NCBI GenBank assembly: GCA_965202585.1
Contig: OZ241827.1
Location: forward strand, 61,318,001-61,382,000
Length of the DNA: 64,000 nucleotides
DNA from: Thalia democratica
Taxonomy: Eukaryota
Reading direction: 5' to 3'
Under the pieces are notes generated by a model that worked only from the letters and a program-made list of their open reading frames with translations, was not told the origin of the DNA and did not search any database. The translations under genes were made by a program, and so were the position numbers. Below, piece by piece: positions 50,501 to 62,500 of this stretch; the stretch's first letter is position 1, and each line of letters opens with the position of its first letter.

Positions 50501-53500
50501 TATTGGCACGAAATATTCTCTGCATGAATACTCAAGCTCACTTCCACTTAAATCGTAGCCTCCACTTCTTATTGGATTAACGATATCGAAAGAATGAGTG
50601 TTTGGTATAGTTGGTACTTCATTGCATTCTAAGTATTGATGTTTAAGCAATTTAAATTCACTTTAAAAAAATTACTTCTCTTTCAGTTATAATATTCAAA
50701 AAATGATTTTTTTTCAATTTTTAATTAAAATACTTTTATCGCGTAGATAGTAAAAGTAGTTTGGTAGGAAATAGTATTTTTACTTAACTTACTTTTCAGA
50801 CATTTAAACTTTTCATTGTTAACCCAAGATCCATTTACACAAGTATGGGTAGTGTCTGCAGACTCTGGTACTTTAAAGTACTGATCTTCGCAAGTGTAAG
50901 ATACAATTTGTTCAACTGTTGTATCTGAATTAACATTAACAACTTTTTCTCTACTTTTTACAGAATTTGTTATATTTGGTGATGATCCACAATCTAAAAA
51001 TAATATTAGTTTTATTCTAATTGAAAATAGACAAACTTTAAATAAAAGCACAATATACAAAACAACTATACTGGTATGTGTTTATAAAAGTAAAGAAAAA
51101 AATTATGTTTTTTTTTAGATTTTACTTAATTTAAAAAACATTTTTATACATAATAAAGCTGACTAACTAGGTAAATGGCATTTTAAATATTGAAATAAAT
51201 CTTTTATAGAAGCAAAACTGAAACACCAACAAACACTTTTTTAAATTGTAATATAACTGTAATTAAGCCAAAAATTAAGGTAACTAAACTTTATAAAAAC
51301 CATTTTTATCGTTTAAGTTACATATAAACTAAGTATAATCATTTTTAAGATTAAAACCATAAGTCTACTATAGTTTTTACAATTCATCAGCTTAATTTAA
51401 ACCTCAATTTAAACTTTTTAGCACCTTATTTTAAAAATAACAAAAGTATAAAATACCCGTCTCACATTAAAAAGTTAGTAAAAGAAAAATTTATCCTAAA
51501 CAAAAAACCTAAGATAAATACATCATTTTCTAAAGATCACAAAAACAAATCAATAGAAAATCAATTAGCCGGTTAAAAAACACAATTTTAAACATTAAGG
51601 AAAAATTTTGCAAAAATATTAAATTAAAAAAAAGTTTAATGTTACGTATATCTAAGTTCAAAGTAAGTATTGCAAAACTGCGTTTTATATGACAGTAATA
51701 AAGATAAAATAGTAACTTGGAAATTTTAAACAACCTCAACTTTTAAGAAAAGTTTCCAAAAAGTACTCAAAAAAGATGATAACAACCAAAGTTTTAAACT
51801 AGGTCAAAAAAAAAAATTGAAATGGAAAACTTTTTTAAAACTTATAAAAACACTAAAAATTCAACTATCCACCTAAAAAATAAAATCATTAGAACCCCAG
51901 ATAATATCCCGTCCTACTTTATTAAGTATACAATTCCATCAATAATTTTTCCACATTCATTAGTATTAAATTACTCTATAGTATTAGCAGAAGTAACCAA
52001 AACAAAATAAAATGTATTTTTTTCATTCCAGTCCATAAGAAATGTTACAAACGCAACACATTTAACTGTGAGCAAATATCTATAACTAGTGCCTTTTCTC
52101 GAACTTTTTAACACTTTATATCTATAAAAATTCATTATCACATTTTGACTGTAATTTACAATCTAATGTACAATTTGGTTTTGTCCCTAACCGCTCGTAA
52201 AATATTCATCGGTTTACATGCTTACATTCATGGATATTTCCATATCTAAAAACGAATATATTAAAGTAGTTTACGCTAATATTAAACAAGCTTTTGATTC
52301 AGTATCAATCAAGCAATTATTAAAATTTTTGAGTTAGTACGGACTACATTAATACCTAGTGAATTGGTTCAATAATATTTTAATTGGGATGTCACAAAGT
52401 GTGGTACGCTGTCAGACCCATTTACGATGTACAGTGGAGTATCACAAGGTGGTGTAATTGGTCCCCTTCTTTTTTAAATTTACATTAACGACATTAATTC
52501 AAACATTGATATTCAGATCATATGAGTTTTTTTTCAGATGATGCAAACATTTTTAGTGAGTCAAATATTTCATTACATTATACTTTAGAATCTAGATACT
52601 ATCCACAAATGACTAAAAAAAACAAAACTTGATTTAAATCCTAAGATATGTAAAACTCTAACTATTAAGAAAAACAAATCAAGCTCTATTGACCTTATAA
52701 TCAATAACACTAAGATACCAACAGCAACATTTTTAAATATACAGAAATATATACTTCTAAAAATTTAAAATTAAATAAACATATAAATTGTTTATATAAA
52801 ATCCCACAAAGTTTGTCTTATCAAATATTGAAAACTTTTAAAACTAGTTAAGCTACTATTCTGAGAAACTGTTTAAAATATATATTCGTCCAAACAGTAC
52901 CCAAATTTGGTCACCATAAATAAAAAAAAAGACATTATTAAAACTGATTCTGTGCAAAGTTTTATGTGTAATCGGTGAAACATAAATGCATCATATAATG
53001 ATAGATTAGTTAAACTTAGATTGAAACCTCTAGAATATCGAAGATGTAAATTTGGTCTATTTACACTTTATAAAATTTCAAATAGCAAATATAAGGTTTT
53101 TCACAGTCAATTTTTCAGTTTTTCCATAACAAATATCAGTTAAGAAGAAATTATAGAAAATGAGAAGTAAACATAATTTTGTCAACATTCAGTGACAAGG
53201 TTCATTTTTTTCACGGAGCAATGACTATGTGGCAAAATTACCACAAGATGTTGTATCGTGTGAAAGGGTGGAATATTTTTAGTTAAAACTAATAAAGTTT
53301 GATTCTAAATATCATACATATATTTAAAATTCAATAATTGCCCGATAAAAGAACTATGATTTTATAATATGTATCTCATCTAAATTAACTACTGAAACTT
53401 TTATTTTCTGTTTATAATTTTAATTATTTTTATTTCCCTACGCCTCCCCCCTAACAGACTATTATTTTTCTTTTGTTCAATTTATACTAATTTGTTATGT

Positions 53501-56500
53501 CATAAAAAAAATCATTTATTTAGTTGTACTTTCTTTTTTGTGTGTATACCAAGTTATCGCCTTTTATACTAAGCATATAAATTCAAGCTTTAATTAGTTC
53601 TTTACAGATTTAACTTTGTTTATTTTTTGGTTTATGTTAAACTGTTGAATATAAACTCATTTTGTCTTTATTTTCTTTTTTTGTGTCCTATTTAAGTGGC
53701 CAAGATTCTGATGCCTGAGTCCAATATTGCACAATAAACAATAAAATAACAATAATAATAATAAATTAGAACTCTATATATATCAATGTGACAAAACGTC
53801 ATAACCTTTTGGAGATAAATACTAAAAAAGTGTAATACTTGACCATTTACCACATTGTTTGAATAAAAACTACTTTGATAATTTATATTTCCAACTTACC
53901 ACTCAAACACTCAAATTCTTTAAAAACCCAGGTTCCATTGACACAACTATGAGTGGTGTCCTGATCATATGGAACTAAAAAGTACGGTTGTTGGCAAGTG
54001 TAAGAAACTTCAAGTTGAACTTCTTCTCCTGAATCAACTGAAGCTGTTACATCCACACTCTTCAATGCGTTTGTAATAGCTCGTGATAAACCACAATCTG
54101 TAAATTGAATGTGTTATTTAGGTTATTGTGGAATTAAAGTTTCATAAAAGTGATTTTAACTGACATTACTGACAACTTTTTATAATTTAACCACACATCA
54201 CTTGTTTTTATAAGTATTTAAACTAGTTTTAAAAGTTAATAGAAAAAAAAAAAAGTATAAAATTTCAAACTAATGAGATGACAAAAAGTAAGTTTTTATA
54301 ATTTTGCACAAGCTTATAAACTTTTTACTTTTGTTAATTTATGTTAAATGCATTTTACATCTGCACTGTATATCTGACATGAGTGTATTTTTCTGTTGTA
54401 GATATTGGTCAATAACTAATAAGATCACGTTTTTTATTTGTAAGTTATTCGCCAAACTAAAATGAGGAGTTTTGTAATTTATTCCTATTACTGCCGTTTA
54501 ATAACTTCATTCATATCGCTATTTTGGCGCATTCTTATATGAATATATATAGTATTTTAATTTATAATTTTAGAAAGTTGTTTAACATGACATAACACCA
54601 GTTTGATATAATCGTTTAATGAACTACCTTTTTGTTGACTAGTTTTAATTTGATAAACATATTTAAACTTATTTTAATTGACACCTTTAAAAAGATAAGG
54701 CTAGGGAAAATAAACAATCTTGTTTTTATTTCTAGAAGAAAAAAAATTCACATAAAAAAATTATGTTTCTTAACAAAAAGTTAACTTCTACTATATTAAA
54801 ACCATAAGAAGTTAGCTAATCTTAAATAAAAACAATTTACAAAAAATCATTATTCTAAATCATAAATAACAAACTGCAATAAATCAAAAAAAAAAACTAA
54901 AATAGTCAAATAAAATGGTATTTTTGCAAAAATATTAACAAGAGCACTGAGCTAAAACCACTCAAAAAGCAAAACTCTAAAGAAGCTAGCTCAAAAAAAA
55001 GAAGTATTTAATAAACCAGCAACCTCTTAAGCACGTAGGAGCCTCAGTGTGAGGCCAGCTTCTGTCGTCATTGCAAGTGAAAGTGTAGGTGGTACCGGGG
55101 ACAGCCACCAAACCGTTGATGCAGCGGTAGGTGGCCTCTGGCATCGGCAACCACTTTCCTTCCAGCTTATTGGTGATTGTCACGTCTACGTTTTGTCCCT
55201 TTGGTGGGTCAGCGCATTCTGTTGTGGTTATTTAAGTAAACGTAAAAAAAGCTGTCTTTCAAAATGCTGTAGCATTTAAATAAAGCCATTTCTTCAGCTT
55301 TAAGCATGATGTTTTTTATAAGTTGCAAAGAAAACTATTGAATTTAAAAAGGACCTCTGAGACAGCCGACAGCGTGTTTCCATCCCATCGTGGTGCAGAC
55401 GACTTGGTTGTTCGACGGATGGGGAGTAGCATCAGTGTTGCAGGCAAAGTTCAGGAGCTCACCGTCAAAGTATTCTTCATCCGGGTTTACGTCACTGTAC
55501 ACTCCGTTGTACAGCACTGGCGGCGGGTTTTCGCAAGCTGAAAACAAGTAGTTTAAAAGTCTACTTTATTAAATAATTTTCGTAGAAGTCAAAGTTTTAG
55601 GTGGAGCTGACAGCATGAAAAAAATCAACTGTTAGTGATTACAATATTCGCGAGATGACGTCATAGAAGTACAGAGCAACATGAGTACATTGGTCTCTAT
55701 GCATTCCATGTTAATTTTTATTACAGTTTTAATACAATATAGTTTCGAAACAAAAAATTTAACAAAGTTCAAAGTAGTTCAACCTTCCTCGTAGTCGATA
55801 TGACGTCATCATATGTTACCCTTGACATCTGTCATTCCACGCTTTATAAAAATTTGATGAAAACTTTTTATTTCTGTTTTACAAATACAAAAACTGCCTG
55901 TGCCAGCCGAAAATGTACAGTACGAAGTTCAACAAAAATCTCACCGTCAAAGGAGAACGTTTTGTTGATCTCAAGAGCTTCAAGACTGTTCGTTTTGCAT
56001 TCTGCCCAGCTGGGAACGGGGGCGTGTTCTGGAAATCTGCCGGTTACCACAACCCAAGAGTGGTGTGTGTCTGTTTGAAATAAAACTTATGTTCAAGAAG
56101 GTATTAATAATTGTGGTTTTCAATGAAAAGTTAAGTTTTACTTAGTCAGTTATTGCATTAAAATGTTTATTATAACATAATCTACTACCCTATGTTTGGA
56201 AAAACGTTTAAACATCTGTATTAGAATAATCAGCTCTAATTCTTACATTTGCTGTCCTTGTAGATGTATATTTCTTATTATCAATAAATTAAGTTTAGTG
56301 ATGAAATTGAGCTATCTGTTTCGAAGCTTTTAGTTGTAGGATTGTGTAGAAAAATATTAGGTTTGAAAGTATTATTTATCTTTTTTTTATTTTTTTAGCA
56401 ATAAATACTCTTTAAAAAATCACAAGGACTAAGGTAAAATGTATGTAAAAATTTGATACAACTATATGTTATATAAAAGTTGTACAGAAACTATAGTTTT

Positions 56501-59500
56501 TACAAAATTCTTATTGTTGAAGAGCAATACTTACATGCAATTAAAAAAGGAATATAAATTAAAAGATAACTTTTAAAAACATAACTAAAAAAAATCAAAC
56601 AAGAAGTTGCACTTTTAGTTTAAATAAGTGTTTTTTTTTGACAAAGCGAAAATAAACGATATTTTAGACTTTCAAAATTACAGTAAAATGATACAACGAG
56701 TAATAACCGAGGGTTTCCAATGAGCATCTATCAATTCTGTCTACTCCGATTTTCGCCATTATATTGTTGGAGTTTTGTGAAAATTTTTGACGGAGGTTTT
56801 GCGCTCCTCTGACTGCCATGACTATTACGTCACCGTAAATCGAATTGTCTTCGATGAAAGCAGCCATGCGTTCAACCTGATTAAAAGTTTTTGATTATAA
56901 ACCGTTTTTAATATTTTATCTTACGGTACTAGAGATAAAATTTGTTGAACCTAGTACAATTTAACTAAGGTACCTTTAAAGCTTAAAGTTAAATTATTAC
57001 AACACTCTCATATATTTTTGTTCTCTTCTACAAAATAAAAACAAACAATTTATCTAAAACTGACAAACAACTTCGAAATTGTTATAGCATAATAGTTTAT
57101 TCTTACTTTAAGTTTTAATCAATGTACTAATAAATTCAAAATGACCCACTATAATTTCATCCAGCATGGTGTCGAACCTCTTGTATTGGACAGTGTCGGT
57201 CAAAGGGTTTATGATTGCAACGCCAGTTCCTCTTTCGCTCCCGAACAAATTATCGGATCCTTGCCACTTTATGATTCCGTTCCTTTGCGTTGACGCTTGA
57301 TATCCCGCTGATAATGCGTAAACGTGGAAAGTCTCTGCCAAAATAAAAACTAATAGATTCAGCGATTTTTTTTGAAATGGTTTAAATCAGATAAAGGTTT
57401 ATTTTCACAAAAATTATTATGTGTTAACTTTTTTAGTTTTGTGTACTAGTTTGTAACTAATTGTATTATTTAGTTTTTTATGCTGAGAAGGTAGAATACT
57501 ATGAAAATGTAAGAATAACAAAAACTAAAAAGTGTACTATAAAGATCAATAAAAACCATTACTAGTTTTAAAAGTAACTAACTATCAATTAATTTTATAC
57601 AAAACTAAAAAAAATTCTTTTTAATTGTGATCGTCTTTGTAAGTTGATCAGTGATATTTACAAATATTAATTTTAACATTAATTTGGTATTAAGTAAAAT
57701 TTGTTCTGTTTTGTTGACTTGTCCTACAATGTAAACTCACTGATTTTCAGTAAAACTTATTATTGCATTTTCTTCGTTGCCAAGCAAATCTCTAAAAAGT
57801 GCTGTTTTTTTATGGTTTGAAGTCACAGTGGGATGTTGTGTGAGATCTTTCAAAGAAGCTTGTTGAAACGTGCTGCTCTTTGCTCTTATATAACAAGCTT
57901 TGTTTGTAGTGTTTGATCTAATATGTTCATAACTTGTATATTTATAATATTTCAAGAACATATGTAAGCAATATATTTGGTCGGTAGGCCAGACATTTGC
58001 TTGTTTTACCTATATTGTGGTTAACCATCCTGGACTGCTACCAGCTAATAGTGTATGATAGATACATGCTGTTTGTATAACATATTTTTATAACTATCCC
58101 AAACTGGTGCCTGATTTAAACCCTAGCCCATCGTATTTTACGGAATTTCTTAAATTTCATCCGAGCTCATTGGCTTTTCATGCTTTGCTTGCAGCTCTAA
58201 TGCAAATAAAACTGCCACGCGTACAAATGTAAAGCAAATTAGCTTTTTGAAAACCTGCGCACAATGGATAACTAGAAGTTTGACTTTGATTACAACTCGT
58301 TAAGTTTTGTTTATATAGTAGTAGAGTCGTGTTTAATAACTACATAACTTTGTTCATTCCTTGAAATAATTTCAAGTTGTAAATATTAGGTACCAATTTA
58401 TACTTTAAGCATATTTATGAATGTAAATGTTTAATAATTAGTATCTAACAAGAAAATAAAACTTCAAAACAAAAAATGTTTTTTTTTTGTAAATAGTTGT
58501 AATGACTACTATTTTAAGTTTACTCTCAACTAAACTGATTTGGAGAGCAAATTTGAACACAACATAAAACTAGAAACAAATAGTTTTTCTAACCATACTC
58601 TTAAACAAACAGAATAAAACATCAACTGACTTGGCGTGCAGGCGGGAGGTGTGGAGCGATCCCAATCGCCTGAGTCCTGACAAGTGATCGTGTCGGAACC
58701 TTCCAGGGTGTGGTGAGCATCGCATGAGTAGACGGCTCTTGTGCCAGGAATCATCAATTTGTCGTCCGTGCTGTACATTATCTTGTAGTTGGACCGGCCG
58801 TCGAGTGGTGGGTATGGGCAAACTGGTTTGGAAACAAGCAAGTTTAACAATTACGTTATGATATAGTTTTTCAAAGCATAATCAAGAAAATTTACAAAAT
58901 AAAAACATGGCAAAAAATAAAAGGTTTAAGTAATCTTGACCGACTTAAACAACATCTAGATTATACTTTTTTTTCAGAAATAGAACCTAAAACAAAAACA
59001 TCAGATATATCTATTGAGCATTATTATAAGGATCAATTATCAAAATAATATTTATTTAAGGTTTTGAATTTTCTTGACAACTAAAAGCAAACATAATAAG
59101 TTAAATATCAGGTTTAACTTTTAAAAATTTTAGTACTTTACTAAAGTTTCATTTTAGATTATAACATGTTCAATTTGTTTATTTTGATTAACAACAACAT
59201 TAAAGAAAAAGTAATGTTTTATATGAAACAAACAATTTGACCGACTTTTTAAACATTCAAATTCATTCTTCTCCCAGTCTCCACCATTTACACAGTTGTA
59301 AGTTGTGCTCACAGACTCTGGCACCAAAAAGTACGAATTTCTGCAAGTGTAAGTAACTCTTTGCTCAATTGTTTCTGAATTAACTTGATACTCTAAGTTA
59401 ATAGTTTTTTCTGCATTTGGTATTGTTGGTGATGGGCCACAATCTACAAAAACACTAGAAATTTTAGAAAAAAATTTGTAAATTTTAAAACACAAAGTTA

Positions 59501-62500
59501 AGCAAAACGTAACAAAAGTTATAAAATAGTAACAAAACTTTTATTACGTAAAAACAACAAGTTTCTCAATAGGCAATAGAGTAAGTAGGTAGTGTATAAC
59601 TTAAAATGAATTGTTTTTTTACGTGTTGATTAGACTAGCATTATAAACTAACGGGAAGAGAATATTCTATTTAGATTAATAGTTATTTTACAGAGGTTGT
59701 TAGACTTAAAATAAACTAAAATTTTTATAATACTAACTTTTTACAAAAAGTATAGTTATTTAAAAAAAAAAAATTTCTATATTAAGACTTTCAACCGTTT
59801 TATTAAAGTCGCTTTGAAGGATGATTAAAAGTATGCAACTAATGCGAAGCGTGATATCGTCATATGGCATGTGAAAAATATTTAAAGTTAGCTCTAATTT
59901 GTTTTTGTGCAAAAAGTTAATACTGACTTGGCGTGCATCCGGGAGGTATGGAGCGATCCCAATCGCCTGAGTCCTGACAAGTGATCGTGTCGGAACCTTC
60001 CAGGGTGTGGTGAGCATCGCATGAGTAGACGGCTCTTGTGCCAGGAATCATCCATTTGTCGTCCGTGCTGTACATAATCTCGTAAGTGGACCGGCCTTCG
60101 AGTGGTGGGTATGGGCAAACTGGTTTGGAAACAAGCAAGTTTAACAATTACGTTGTGATATAGTTTTTCAAAGCATTATCAAGAATTACAAAATAAAAAC
60201 ATGGCAAAAAATAAAAGGTTTAAGTAATCTTGACCGATTTAAATAGCATCTAGATTATACTTTCTTTTCAGAAACAGAACCTAAAACAAAGACATTAGAT
60301 AAAATTATTAACCAAATATCTTTAGCAGTATAAAATTTTTCACAAACTTAAATTGTAACTAAAAGCAATGAGATTAGAACCTGGGTAGCACTGAAAAATT
60401 GACGTCCATTGACCGTTTTCATCACAAGTTAATTTGGACACATTTGACACGAAATCAGCATTGCATGTGTACTCAACTTCAGTACCATTCAAATAAACCT
60501 CTCCTCTTTTATTAGGATTTAAAATTTCGGGACTTTGAGCGTTTTTAACTGTTGGTATATCATCGCATTCTGAATATTGACGTTTGAGGTAGTTTAATTT
60601 TGGTTTATTTGAAACTATTGTCGCCTTAATTACAAACTATATAAAAAAACAGCATTGAGAATACTGAAAAAACCTTATTTTAATGATCTAAACCTTTTAA
60701 AAATCTACACATAAGTCTTACACAAACTTTTAATGCAACTTATTAGTACATTAGGTTCCCACGTTGCTCCCAGTTCACAACGAAATCGAATATTTGCATT
60801 TTCGTTTACCAGATAGTAATTAGGATTACAGCTATAATCAACTATACTTTCTGCCATGGTTCCATTTTCAAGCCTTACAGTTGAATTTGTAGTTGTATAC
60901 GAGTTTAGCATGTATGGAGGTACTTCGCAGACTAAAAATACGTGTATATGTGTCAAAACTTACTATTTGAATACATAAGTAAATAAAAAACGACAATTTT
61001 TTGCTAATTATGTTATCATGTTTAATTTTTATTGTTTTTTCACTAACCTGGAGCACACTTTGGGGCATTTTGAAAGTCCCAACTTCCATTAAAGTCACAA
61101 ATCCGTGTTTTATTTTCACCCCACATAAAACTGTGTGAAGGAGCACACTCGTAGGTAACTTCAGTTTCACTCCAAAACTCGTCTTTTTTATGGCTGAATG
61201 TTATATCTGAAGTGACGTAATCTCCTACAGGAGGCAATTCGCATCCTATTACAATGTGATAATTTAACTTGTAAAATTCATAATTTCATTTAACGACAAT
61301 GCACTCCAGTATTGAAATAAGAGATAGTTTGTAAAACCAACTTAACAGTAATCTTACTAAAACAAATAGCTCTTGAGCCCACTAAATCAATATTTACAAA
61401 GTTGAAAAGTTATTAGCGAATTAAACTACAAAGAGTTCAAAACGTTGTCACTTTCCCACGGAGTAACTTCATGTCACGTGTGTCATGTTACATGAGTCTT
61501 CAGGCTTGTACATAGTAACGACTCGTGCGAAAATGACTACAGTGAAAAAGCAAGGACGTGCGAAATTAGCGCTCGATGTGTAAGTGACGTTCCGCGTTTG
61601 TTGGACACCTATCTATTTTGAAAGAATAAAAAACTAGTACTTTTATTTGTTTTATGACATAGCTCAATTTTGTAAAATTTGTGTCTTTAAAAAAACAATG
61701 AATGATCTCAACTTATCGATTAGGAGAATACAGGGTTTGTGTGCGCAATTTTTTTTTAATTTTCCTGATTGAGACCGATTAAGCCTGATATTTTTTAAAG
61801 TAGGAAAAAATACTTTTAGAAGTAATTTTGGGTATGGGGGGTCTTGATTAGTACTATTGTAGTCTCTGACTTTAACGGCTTTATGGCAAAAATTATTTTG
61901 AGCTTTAAAAATTTCCAAAAAGCAACTCATGGCTTAGTTACAACTCAATAAAATAAGACTAAATTATGAAAAGGGTGATCGACCCCCGCCCCCTATGCAC
62001 TTAAGATAAAATAATCAGTGATAAGTTTTAAAATAAGTGATATATCTAATCTATTACTAGTGTAAAAGTTTAATATATATTACTTAGCACAATTGTTCAA
62101 TTTAGTTAAGCATTAAGTAAAACATCATAACCAGAAAATTTATGATAAAACGACGTGCATTGTAGTGTTTTCTTAACATTTAAAATGAAAGGTTAGACAA
62201 GTATTAAAATAAGTACAAAATGTTTATTGTAGTATTTTGACTAAACTTGAAATTGATACATAGTTATAAATCCTAAACTCTAAATAAATACAGTGATTAT
62301 TGATTTCATATCACATTTAAAAAGCTTACACTTAAATTTAAAAAAAAAACCTTTAATATTTTGTTGTTGTAAAGAAAAATGAATTGTACCTAAAATTTGT
62401 ACTCCCACAAAACTTAGTAAATAAACAAATAGTTAAATGTATGAAAAAACTGGTGAGAGGTTTAATCTAAAAATTATTTGGTATAAAGTCTTAAAAGTAT

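Larger units (their letters stand above)
58140..59920 (-). repeat. Intragenic duplicate of 47590-49770 (Q and P exons with introns)
   Basis: Near-identical introns and exons, offset about 10.15 kb. Confidence 0.95.

Noticed and set aside
55656-55808. Two TGACGTCA (CRE) palindromes in an intron
   Set aside because: Short motifs with no supporting context; could be chance or TE remnants.
57737-57961. ORF MFLKYY.. as the start of a separate ILEI-CCP-lectin gene
   Set aside because: No signal peptide, and the frame continues upstream past the TAG to a phase-1 acceptor; treated as part of exon X.
60716-60727. Stronger-looking GTAAGA donor 6 nt past the CCP exon 4 end
   Set aside because: Joining T to the next exon's AA creates TAA; the GTTTGT donor keeps the frame.
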